A stretch of DNA of 63,900 nucleotides, filler included, from Octopus bimaculoides (Eukaryota), in NCBI RefSeq assembly GCF_001194135.2. It is 10 parts of 9 records of this genome, joined end to end, with 100 filler letters (N's around TTAATTAATTAA, not from the genome) between each part and the next. Parts side by side here need not be neighbours in the genome. Positions count along the whole stretch, not along the records: positions 52,396 to 53,569 come from NC_068985.1; positions 53,670 to 59,771 come from NC_068999.1; positions 59,872 to 62,598 come from NW_026377078.1; positions 62,699 to 63,900 come from NC_068981.1; 6 more parts are not named here. One strand, written 5' to 3'. The position numbers were made by a program, and so were the translations under genes. A model generated the notes under the pieces. The model saw nothing but the letters and a program-made list of their open reading frames with translations, was not told where the DNA came from and ran no database searches. This document shows, piece after piece, positions 52,760-63,900 of this stretch (position 1 is its first letter; each line of letters begins with the position of its first letter).

Positions 52760-53569
52760 TAGGGATCTTTGGGGTTTGACGGGCAACGTTTGTTTTCTTA
52801 ACGAAACACTTTCAAACTTGGGACACTGATAGAATGTGTCATATAAAACAACTTCTCTTAACCTTCTTAACAAAATTTTGTACATCGCAAGTTATTTCAT
52901 GTTAAAGTTGTCGTATTTCTGTAATTTCAACCAACCACTGACGTCTTTTCAGCTGAATACAGTTACCGCTGGCCGGTCATAAAAATGTTATTCCCTGTGA
53001 CATATTTCATCCGGTTTAATCGTAATTTATACGCATATATTGTTTATATAATAAATTACGCTGTGCGTATCTGTGTGTGTAACAATTTTAGAGTTCGGAT
53101 TCTAGAGTTAGGGTTACGGTTAGGGTAATGATTATTTTTGCCATAACTTCACTCGTAACCCCAACCCTAACTCTAAAACCCGAACCCTAACCCTAAACTA
53201 GAGTTTGATTTAAAGATTTGGCTGCTATTTCTAGGAAATGAAGCACTTGGACATGCATTAATAATTCTGCCAGCTCCAATAACAAGTGCAGGCAATATTC
53301 AAGTATTTTGATGGCTTTTTCCCCTTTGTTTACGATCAGTCTAATTAATCGGAAATGTCAGAACTAACGGGGATTAATACAGCACTAACTGTTTTCAACT
53401 GAATAGACGTCAGTGATAGTTGAAATTATCGAAATAAGACAATTTTTAACGTGAAATAACTTCGAATACAAATTTTTTTATCTGTTCTATACCACAAAAT
53501 ATACAAGTATACGAAGTTTGAAAGTGTTTCGGTACCAAAAACACTACATAAAAAATGTTGCCCGTCAAA
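52760..53569. mobile_element. MITE-like fold-back element with ~190-bp diverged terminal inverted repeats
   Basis: 52775-52960 (TTTGACGGGCAAC..GAAACACTTTCAAACTT..CACTGACGTC) is the reverse complement of 53380-53569. The right end runs into a gap. Confidence 0.7.
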
Positions 53570-53677
53570 NNNNNNNNNNNNNNNNNNNNNNNNNNNNNNN
53601 NNNNNNNNNNNNNTTAATTAATTAANNNNNNNNNNNNNNNNNNNNNNNNNNNNNNNNNNNNNNNNNNNNTGTCTATC

Positions 53678-53713
<36 letters not shown>

Positions 53714-54210
53714 ACTATCCACCGATCTATCGATCTATGTTACGATACATACATGCATTCATATACCTCTCTATATATACATATACGCATCTGTGTCTCT
53801 CTGTCTCTCTGTCCATCTGCCTGTCTGTTTACTTGTCTATCTGTTTGTCTGTCAGTCTGTCTGTTTCCCTGTCTGCCTGTCTGCCTGTCTGCCTGTCTTA
53901 CTCTCTCTCTCTCAATGCGTATATGCATAGATATAAATGTGCATATATGTATGTATTTACACACACACGCACACACACGCACACACACACACGCACACAC
54001 ACACACACACACACACATTCTTACGTACATCTTTATAAGCGCATGTATCCATAAATTTCTTTGTCGGACCCGTCTCGCCTTCATTAAACCATGGTATTCA
54101 CAACAGACAATCAAGCATGAAATACTCGCACATATACCCATCAGCATTTGAACGCGTGCGCGCTTGTGCATGCCTCTACCTGCACATACATATATGTGAA
54201 TATGTACATT

Positions 54211-54273
<63 letters not shown>

Positions 54274-54413
54274 CTTATGTGTATGCGTGTGTTCGTGTGA
54301 GTGTTACATTACACATGACAAACAAGTATACGTATATCCATATCTATCTATCTATCTATCTATCTATTTATTTATCTATAGCTATATATATGTATGTAAA
54401 TATATATATATCA

Positions 54414-54456
<43 letters not shown>

Positions 54457-55635
54457 TATGAGACTAGTTTGTTGCTACATACATATCTATGCGTGCTTTA
54501 GTGTGCTTCTCAGGTCCCTGTATCTGTCTTTCATACCCGATTCCCATTCGACTCCCAATTTAACTGTATTCTCATTCTCTCGTCTTTATGTTTGGCTTGG
54601 CACATCTCATCTGTGATCCTATATCTCTCTCTCTCTTTATTAATCTTCCTAGCCCTAGCTACGTCACACGATCCTGTCTGTCCTTATCTTTCCCTATTTT
54701 TCTCTCCCTTTTCTTCTTCCCTTTCATTCTTATTCCCGTCTAGCCATTCTTGTTTCCATGTCTCTAGAATTATCGACTTGAATTTGATGAAAAGATATCA
54801 CAAACAAACCTCTGATATAATTTGACTCTTCTAGTGGTCAACATCTCTGATTCTCTTCCCTTTTTACCCCCCTATTACTTGTTAGAAACACTCCCTCTCA
54901 CACCTTCTCTCTCTCTCTCTCTCTCTCTCTTACTTTTCTTTCTCTTCTCCCTCCCTTACTCTCTATCATTATCTATATCTGGTGAAATCCCTTAGTTCTT
55001 CATTTTCGTCCAAAATTTTCGACATGCTTGCAGACCCCTTCCTTTTCAAGCTCCTCCTGCCATTCCGGCTTCTCATCCTTCACCTCCACCTCCCACTCCC
55101 TCATCTCTCTCTTCGTCCTTTCTACTCATTCACTTCTTCTCCCCCCGGCCCTTCTTTCTCTACCGAGACGGTAAGCCAATCATCCACGGTGTACGTACAG
55201 ACTTTCATTTAATCTCTCTCTCTCTCTCCACGCCCTTCTACAAACCGCTCAGCTAAGACAGTAATTAAACGCTATATAAATAAAAACACTTCAGTATTCT
55301 CTCTTGGGTGCATAACCCCCCTCTTCTTCTACTCACTGAAAAGGCGGCTTTATCTTTCAAGCGTGATACACGAAATTCTAGACGAGTCTACAGAGAATTG
55401 ATGCCATTATGGCAAATATTGTCCATGCGGTGATGGCGGTTGTAACCCATTCATTGACTCTTCAATCGCTTGGCGTCAGTCAAACTATCAAGCGTTGATA
55501 TATCGCAAACATAATGAACATTGTGAAATATAGAAACATCACCGCAAAAATATTGATGAAGAATAAAGACAATAAAACAGTAAAGTTATATATATATATA
55601 TAGATACACAAACGCATACAAACAGTCATATATAA

Positions 55636-55673
<38 letters not shown>

Positions 55674-55740
55674 AAGCATATATACATACACATATATATG
55701 TGTATATAAAAAGACAAGTTAGTCAAGAACATACACATGC

Positions 55741-55800
<60 letters not shown>

Positions 55801-55952
55801 TGAAGCCGTCCCTCCTGTGGTGTCTTATTTTTATGGCTAATATACATATGTGTATAAGCATATGCACACACGTATATATATATACGCATACATATTTATA
55901 CAAGCATACAGATACACACAGACGTACACACGCAGTCATACAGATATCTGTG

Positions 55953-55986
<34 letters not shown>

Positions 55987-56382
55987 NNNNNNNNNNNNNN
56001 NNNNNNNNNNNNNNNNNNNNNNNNNNNNNNNNNNNNNNNNNNNNNNNNNNNNNNNNNNNNNNNNNNNNNNNNNNNNNNNNNNNNNNNNNNNNNNNNNNNN
56101 NNNNNNNNNNNNNNNNNNNNNNNNNNNNNNNNNNNNNNNNNNNNNNNNNNNNNNNNNNNNNNNNNNNNNNNNNNNNNNNNNNNNNNNNNNNNNNNNNNNN
56201 NNNCATCATCATCATTGTCGTCCTTGTCGTCGTCATCATCATCATCATCATCAACATCATCATCCATATCATCATCAAAATTCAAGATGAAAATATTCTT
56301 GTCCTTCCCTTATAACACTCTCATTCACTTATTATCGCACTTCTCTCTTTTCTTGTGGTTTTTCTGGTGTCAGAAAGGACTA

Positions 56383-56451
<69 letters not shown>

Positions 56452-56872
56452 CATCATCATTTGCCTCTATATCCAAGTTGTCTTTCTGGATATTGTTATC
56501 TTCATTGTATTATTTCATTACAATCATTATTATTAATACGGCTAATTCAGATAAAATGAACGTTTTATGAATATCTATATAGTTTTTCTTGTTTTTCCTT
56601 GTTCTTATTTTATATCACTCATTCTATTATTACTAACATAACCAAACATCTTTTCCAGCTAATATAAAATTCATAAATATTTACTTGGTTATTCAAAAAT
56701 TTTTGAAATACATCAATGGCTTTCTTTCATAGAACACTTAATAAGGTCTCCGAAATCCTTCAAGGTTATCATATGAAAATAATGTTAGGTCATTTCAAAG
56801 AATGTATTTCTCTCTGAGAAAGACATAACAGATCCCAAAATTCGAATTTTCTTCAAAATGCTTTCTGTTATT

Positions 56873-57155
56873 CTTTACTTGTTTCAGTCATTTGCCTGCG
56901 GTCATGCTGGGGCAGCGCCTTGATGAATATTTAGTCCAATGAATCGATCCCAGTACTTAATTTTAATCGCTCGCCTTAAGTAGAAATAAACACATCAAGA
57001 GCGGTTTTTTCAGTTTCCGTCTACCAAATCCACTCACGAGGCTTTGGTCGGCCTGAAGCTACAGTTGAAGACATGTGGCGGAGGTGCAGCGCAGTGTGAT
57101 TGACCCAGACCCATGTGTTCGGGAAACAATCTTCTGACCACACAGCCACATCTGT
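56873..57155 (-). mobile_element. SINE family A (diverged, internally deleted)
   Basis: Reverse complement of the 3' end (CTTGTTTCAGTCATTTG.CTGCGG) and of the head. Confidence 0.8.
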
Positions 57156-57169
57156 ATATGTCTATACAT

Positions 57170-57575
57170 GCGTAGGAGTGGCTGTGTGGTAAGTAGCTCA
57201 CTTACCAACCACATGGTTCCGGGTTCAGTCCCACTGCGTAGGACCTTGGGCAAGTGTCTTCTACAATAGCTCCGGGCCGACCAAAGCCTCGTGAGTGGAT
57301 TTGGTAGACGGAAACTGAAAAAAGCGCGTCGTATATATGTATATATATATATCTGTGTGTGTGTGTATATGTTTGCGTGTGTATATGTATGTGTGTCTGT
57401 TTGTCCACCCAACATCGCTTGACAGCCGATGCTGGTGTGTTTACGTCCCAGTAACTTAGCGGTTCGGCAAAAAGTGTGATAGAATAAGTACTAGGCTTAC
57501 AAAGAATAAGACCTGGGTTCGATTTGCTCGACTAAAAGGCGGTGCTCCAGCACGCCCGCAGTCAAGTAGAAGAGT
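57170..57575 (+). mobile_element. Full-length SINE family A
   Basis: Diagnostic A and B boxes, body and 3' end. Confidence 0.92.
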
Positions 57576-58314
57576 AATTCCTCATCTCTTAAATATAAAA
57601 CTGAAATTCGTTATATCTCTTCAGTACATAAATATTTTAACATATTTTTCTTATACAATTGCAAATTATATTTAATTAAAAAAATCCATAAGGAATTTTT
57701 AAACATCAAATGACTATGAATGTTCACCCAAGTAAAATAGTACCCACAGAGTCCCATGGCAAAAAGTGTGAAAGGCGCACTGCTCTGACTATTCTACCAA
57801 TACACCGCTTTAGTTATACTTAGTAATGTCTGACATTTTATCTGCTATGATAAATTCTCGATTCTCGACCGTCATTAGGGCCTCATCAGAAATGTCTACA
57901 TCCTTTGAAAAGTCCACGAGGAACAAGCAGCCATTCTGTTCATATAATCATCAAATCTAATAACTTCAAGAAAACTGGAGCGACTAATCTTCTACTAAAT
58001 GTACTGATACTTTATTGAATATCAGTAAATTGTAAACGGAGATATTCTACACATGTTTAAGGTGTGATATAATATATGTTATCGACGTTCACGGATATAC
58101 AAGCATGGCAACTTTGCTTATTTCCTTGTAGGCAGAAAGAATCCCATGCAGCTTTCTCTTTTTTAAAATAATGCAGAATAATCTGAGTGAGATTTGATTA
58201 TTACTTTTAGCGTTGTGGTTATATGGCTGAGCAAAGAAATACATGAAAACGTGTAAGTCTGCCATTGTACATCGAATACAAGCAATCCATTCTAAATTGC
58301 TCATTTTGCTGTTT

Positions 58315-58349
<35 letters not shown>

Positions 58350-59124
58350 NNNNNNNNNNTATATGGAAAGAGAGAGAGTGAGAGACCCACAGACCCACTT
58401 TATTTTAAAACTTGTATGTAGCTGATTGCGAATACCTCTATATTACAATACAAAAATGTCATGATCCTTTGGCTAGACATTAAATAAATGAAAACAGCGA
58501 CATCTGTGATGTAACACTACGTAACATTTTCTCTAGTCAAATCAATAAATACGATAATATAAAACATATATAACAAATAAATATAATGAATAAAAGTTTT
58601 CTTTTGATAACAAAAAAATATTTGATTCGTAAATATTGACTGTTAGTTTAACGTATAGCTGAAAGAAAATGATGCATTTTTAATGGTCGCTTTGTAATAA
58701 GCATACAATGCAGCATAGAAAATTACATAATGCATGTAACTTATAGATAGCAGTTAAACGAAGCACAAAGCACAGCTTCTCGTATGGTAGACATAAAATA
58801 TTATGAAACAATACAAAAATATAATCTATAAAGTCTCAGATCTTCAGTGTAAGAAATGACAGGAATATATCTTGAATCAAAAAGAAAAACCATGTACTTG
58901 ATACGTTAATAATTAAAGCCAGGTTTTATAAAACCAATAGATACATTCATCTAGTTAACTATGATACACAACGGTTATTTCCATAGGAATGTCAACCGCG
59001 GGCCAATTGACAACTCAGCTTGAAGTAAAATATCTACTTTGCATTGTAATGAAGATATGATATCGCTCTTCGAAAAGATAATTCTTGACTATGTATTACG
59101 AAGAATTACGAATCTTTGTCTATT

Positions 59125-59495
59125 TTTTTCTACTCTAGGCACATTGCCCGAAATTTTTGGAGAGTGGGGCAGTCAAGTACGCAACTATTACTTAATTTAT
59201 CAACCCCGAAAGGATGAAGGGCTAAGTCGACCTCGGCTGTACGAATCTTGGTATATTGTAGGCTGACTTTTTTTAATTGTTTGAAATATCAGAGAGAAAA
59301 TAGCAAACAAGTTATAATCTTTTTTACTCAAGGCACAAGGCACGAAATTGTTGGGGAGGGAACAGTCGATAAGATCGACCTCAGTACGCAACTGGTATTT
59401 AATTTCTCGTCCTCGAAGGATAAAAGGCTAAGTCGACCTCGGCGGAATTTGAACCCGGTTTGCTAACGTTTCTTTTCTACTCTAGGCACAAGCCC
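59125..59495 (-). mobile_element. Three partial SINE family B copies in tandem
   Basis: TTTTCTACTCTAGGCACA-type 3' ends near 59125, 59320 and 59470, and AAGTCGACCTCGGC at ~59223 and ~59430. Confidence 0.75.
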
Positions 59496-59931
59496 AGGCG
59501 TACGATTAGTATAAATATACATACCTGTGTCTGATTGCGTGTGTGTGTATGTATGCGATTATGCACGTTTGTACCAATAAAGATACGTACACGAACTCGC
59601 ACATATACACAAATATTTACCAAATGCCAAAAGTTTTTTTCCGATACTTTCAGCACTTCCAATGAAGAATTTAAACAATATTCCCATTGTTTACGAATAT
59701 TTCTTTCTTTATCACCACATGCTTGTACACACACACACACACACACATATGTATGTATGTATGTATGTATANNNNNNNNNNNNNNNNNNNNNNNNNNNNN
59801 NNNNNNNNNNNNNNNTTAATTAATTAANNNNNNNNNNNNNNNNNNNNNNNNNNNNNNNNNNNNNNNNNNNNTCGCACACACATTAGAAATCAACTCTTTC
59901 TCTATTGGCAAGAACTCTTGAAATAAAACTG

Positions 59932-59977
<46 letters not shown>

Positions 59978-60737
59978 TCCTCGTTTCTAAGTAATGTCTC
60001 CTCCTCCTTCCTTATTAATTACGCTGGTGTTTCTCCTAACGAAAAAAAACCGATCTCTGCACGAAATCTGCGTCTTAACAATTCATAATTTAATAGACAG
60101 TGGTAGGCGCGGTTGAAATCGACGGATTTATTGTCTGAGCCGTTTGTCATTTTCGTTTCTGCAACGTTCTTGTTCAAAGAGCTCTTGTGGAAGTCAAAAA
60201 GTTTGATGCAACTACTTGCCATCTGCTGCTTGTTCTTCCTTCGATTTTTCTTTCAGGCTGGTCTTCATTGTCTACGTTGATTTATCTAATGTCGAAGAAG
60301 AAAAGGGCATCCCTTTGTGTCTGCTGCCGGTGGCGGGTTCACTATTAAGTATTAAGCAAAGTAAACTCGAAATTACTCATATGGCATGCAAAACTTTTCC
60401 CTCTTTGAGTCGGTGTTTGATGATCGTGGATTCCATGTAGTGAGTTTGGGATTTCTGAAGAACTGTAATGTTGGCGACGTAGTCTAACCGTTATATATTG
60501 CTGATCAATTGATCGTAGCTTTTACTGGTAAAAGCGCTCGAATTCCTTGATGTCTCGATGGCACTGGGTTCATATTTCGCACCCGTAGAATAACGTATGA
60601 TGTACTACAGTGCTTGGGTGTTTCAAGTATTTTCTTAATTTCTGAAGACGTAGGGAGATAGTCTTCCAGATTTCTGAATCCTATCCTTCTTCTCAGGATT
60701 GCAGGAGGAAGGGGAAGTATATGTATGCGCGCGCTCG

Positions 60738-60930
60738 TGTCTGTGCTTGTTTCCATCACCACTTGACAACCGCTGTTGGTGTGTTTACCTCCCCTGTATC
60801 ACAGCTGTTCGTCAAAAGAGTCAGCTAGAATAAGTACCAGGCTTTAAAAAAAGAAAACTACTGGGGTCAATTAATATCTCTTCAATGCAGTGCCCCAGCA
60901 TGGCCGCAGTCAAGTGATTGAAACAAGTAA
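60738..60930 (+). mobile_element. SINE family A 3' half
   Basis: CTTGACAACCGCTGTTGGTGTGTTTAC..CCCCAGCATGGCCGCAGTCAAG..AAACAAGTAAAAG. Confidence 0.8.
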
Positions 60931-60995
60931 AAGATAAAAGAGAGCTGACGATTCCTTTAACCCAAAGTTGAGCTGTAACCAAGGAAACGTATCTG

Positions 60996-61122
60996 TTTAA
61001 AGGGTCTGCTATCTGTGTATTTTAAAATTTAAAGGTTCTGCTCTCTGTGTATTTTAAGGTTTAAAGGATCTGCTGTCTGCGTATTTTAAAGTTTAAAGGG
61101 TCTGCTCTCTGTGTATTTTATA
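60996..61122. repeat. 32-bp minisatellite, 4 copies
   Basis: Unit TTTAAAGGGTCTGCTCTCTGTGTATTTTAAAR starts at 60996, 61028, 61060 and 61092. Confidence 0.95.
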
Positions 61123-61366
61123 TGCGCCGCTAGTTTGTTTTGACTAAGAATTTTGTGTGGCAAGAGTTGAGGATATTGTGTTCACAGAAGGTACTTGGAG
61201 AAATCCATTGTAGACGAAGTAATTCTTTTAAATACAAGTCGAGCAGCGACCAAGAATCCGGTGTTCATCTATTTTCTCTGGAATCTTCTCGAACCTTTGT
61301 GTTCAGTTTGTCCATGTTGTTGCTTCTATATATTTACAGATATATATAAATATATGCATATATATA

Positions 61367-61448
<82 letters not shown>

Positions 61449-61464
61449 TACATACAAAGAGCTT

Positions 61465-61595
61465 CTACATAGTGTCCTTCTACCAAATTCACTCATAATG
61501 CTTGGGGATGGGGTGGGGTTACAGTAGAAGAAGATACTTAACCAAGGTGTCAAACAGCGGAACTGAACCTGAAACAATGGGGTTGCAAGCAAAGA
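61465..61595 (-). mobile_element. SINE family A head (degenerate)
   Basis: CTACCAAATTCACTCA..TACAGTAGAAGA..CCAAGGTG..GGAACTGAACC. Confidence 0.65.
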
Positions 61596-62398
61596 ATTTA
61601 GGATTTTGCAGTGAGTTCTTTCATTAATCTACTCCTTCATGTACTAAATATGGAATCTAAGAATCTTATGTCAAAAACTTCCAATTTCTTCATATTCTTT
61701 GGCTTTCTAAAATCCTGCAGTGATGGTGTCTGTAGAAAAGGGTCTGCAGGTCCCTGGTTTGATCCTTCTATTCTTATTCTCTCCATAACTATTTACCATT
61801 TCTAAAAGAAATAGTTTCCAGCCTTTATAATCCTTTGCCTTCTTTTTTATGTCTTCGTCTAGTATTTCTCTGTCTACATTCTGTACCACACATACACACA
61901 CACAGACACGCTCACACACACACACACAGGCATGCGCGTGCACACACACATACATGTACACACACACACAGGTACACACACATATGCACACACACACACA
62001 CATGCACAGGAACACACACATACACATATGTAACAATGTACATACACACATTATATCAAATTATAAGCATCTGGATGAGAACTAGTAAACATATATATAT
62101 ATGTATATATATATATGTATGTATATATATATATATATATACATTCATACAAAGATATATATATATGCATATGTCTGCGCATGGTAACGCTTACATAAAC
62201 CACAGACGGGATATCTCAATTCATCTAACATATAAATATATATATATTTTTACATATATATATATATAGATATATATATATATATACACATATGTACATA
62301 TGTATGTATATATATGTTTTGTATATACATATGTGCGTCTAAAAACATAACTTTAAGTAATAGCTACATAGACCTTCAACTTAGATAAATAAATATAT

Positions 62399-62436
<38 letters not shown>

Positions 62437-63900
62437 CATACACATATACATATATATAGTTTAGTTCTAGATGTAAAAGTGAGTACATATACATGTTACA
62501 TACACACACACGCACACACACACACACACGCACACACACACACACACACACATGTATATACATATATCTATATATATATGTATAACTGTATATGCAAGNN
62601 NNNNNNNNNNNNNNNNNNNNNNNNNNNNNNNNNNNNNNNNNNTTAATTAATTAANNNNNNNNNNNNNNNNNNNNNNNNNNNNNNNNNNNNNNNNNNNNTA
62701 TATATATATATATATATATATATTTATTTATGGATGTATGTATGTTTGTATGCATGTATATATGCATAACTTTTCTGTAAGTAAAATCTGGTAACATGTG
62801 AGTTCTGTTTCTCCTTATTTGATACGTATAGACCGTATAGTTTACGGAAAAGTCGATTGACGTAGCGGCTTTGGATGGACATGGTGGAGTTTGATTTGAT
62901 ATATTTTGTTAATCTGTACTATTATCGAGAGGCATATGCGCAAGGAATTGACGTATCTAGATACTCTCTCCATAACGATTGACATATAACGTTCTCCCCC
63001 ATTCACTAGCTTTATCTACGACTGTTTTTCTTACTCGATAATGTCTATATCTTAACTATCATAACATCAGCAACGAAATATTGTGTATGATATTAGCTCG
63101 AGCAAAGATGTGTTGAATGTGTTTATATATGTATGTATTTGCTATATACGGATCGTTAGCGTTCAGAAAACATGCACAAAAACTACTTAGTTTGTTATAT
63201 GTTATCCTAAACGTTGTTAAAATCCCTTTTGAAATGGTCACTGTGGATATACTTAATTCACTGTTTTCGAATATGGAATTTTATTCCTGAAATTAAAGAA
63301 TTGTACATGGAAAGAGAAGTAACGTAGGAATATCTATGTATGAATTTGAATGTCTTTAAATAAAAACATCAGTAGATAACTTTTTATCCATTTCCAATTT
63401 TTTTTATTTAAAAAAGTTTATTTAGATTCCTATACATTTCGGTGATATACTGATGTACTTGGTTTTCTCTAAACACTGCTTTAAACAGGTGAACTAGGAT
63501 GCTAGAAATCCTTAATTAAATTATATACATATGTATATGTGTGTGTGTATGTATATTTATATAAAGAGAGAGAGGGGCGGAGGTAGGTATAACCAACAGA
63601 GAATCGAGCCATCTTTCCCATGCGAGTCGTCCAATATATTATACATTTCTGTATTTGCGTGTGTACGTGCGTGCGGATGAGTGTGCAAGTGTGACTGTGT
63701 GTATCAGTGTGTAAATATACATAGGTGAACATATTCATGTATATAACCAGTTATATTTTACACTCAAACATACATATACAACCCAATCACATGCGCACAG
63801 ACATATATATGTGTGTGTATGTGTGTGTGTGTGTGTGTTTGTGTGTGTGTTTGTGTACGTGTATATGTACATATATACATATATTTATATTATATATATA

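Noticed and set aside
58211-58258. Potential 42-nt symmetric micro-exon (TTTTAG|..VVVIWLSKEIHENV|GTAAGT); similar candidates near 31670-31730 and 32000-32040
   Set aside because: Splice-like motifs are frequent by chance in AT-rich DNA, and there is no recognisable protein or linking exons.
60996-61122. CRISPR-like 32-bp periodic repeat
   Set aside because: The units are contiguous with no unique spacers, there are no cas genes, and the context is eukaryotic.
61795-61880. Possible minus-strand exon NVDREILDEDIKKKAKDYKGWKLFLLEM; YKGWKL recalls the MCM8 N-terminus
   Set aside because: The match is only 6 aa, the acceptor lacks a pyrimidine tract, and I found no other MCM8 exon in the window. 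It needs BLAST or RNA-seq.

Overview
This is AT-rich eukaryotic DNA dense in microsatellites, with about 20 N-gaps. Its repeat content (tRNA-derived SINEs, (TA)n/(CA)n/(GATA)n tracts, gap spacers) looks like an octopus or other coleoid cephalopod scaffold; that is an inference. I could not assign any host protein-coding gene. Most ORF-track entries are N-gap or microsatellite artefacts or transposon debris. The window is a nested TE graveyard. DNA transposons: a TIR/TTAA-bounded piggyBac split by a solo LTR, a Chapaev3-like element with a TAA TSD, three Tc1/mariner remnants, a non-autonomous Helitron and a long-TIR fold-back element with telomere-like repeats. Retroelements: RTE and CR1-group LINE fragments, at least three Penelope-like (PLE) remnants, three SINE families, and a 5S rRNA pseudogene wedged between two SINEs. 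The most interesting signal is about nine hammerhead-ribozyme (HHR)-like motifs, read by eye. One is complete but has a CCGACGA (U4C) core, a second also has CCGACGA, and one may derive from a G3-C8 swapped core. PLE hammerheads are established biology; the recurrent non-canonical cores are what merit testing. No wholly new system can be claimed from sequence alone.
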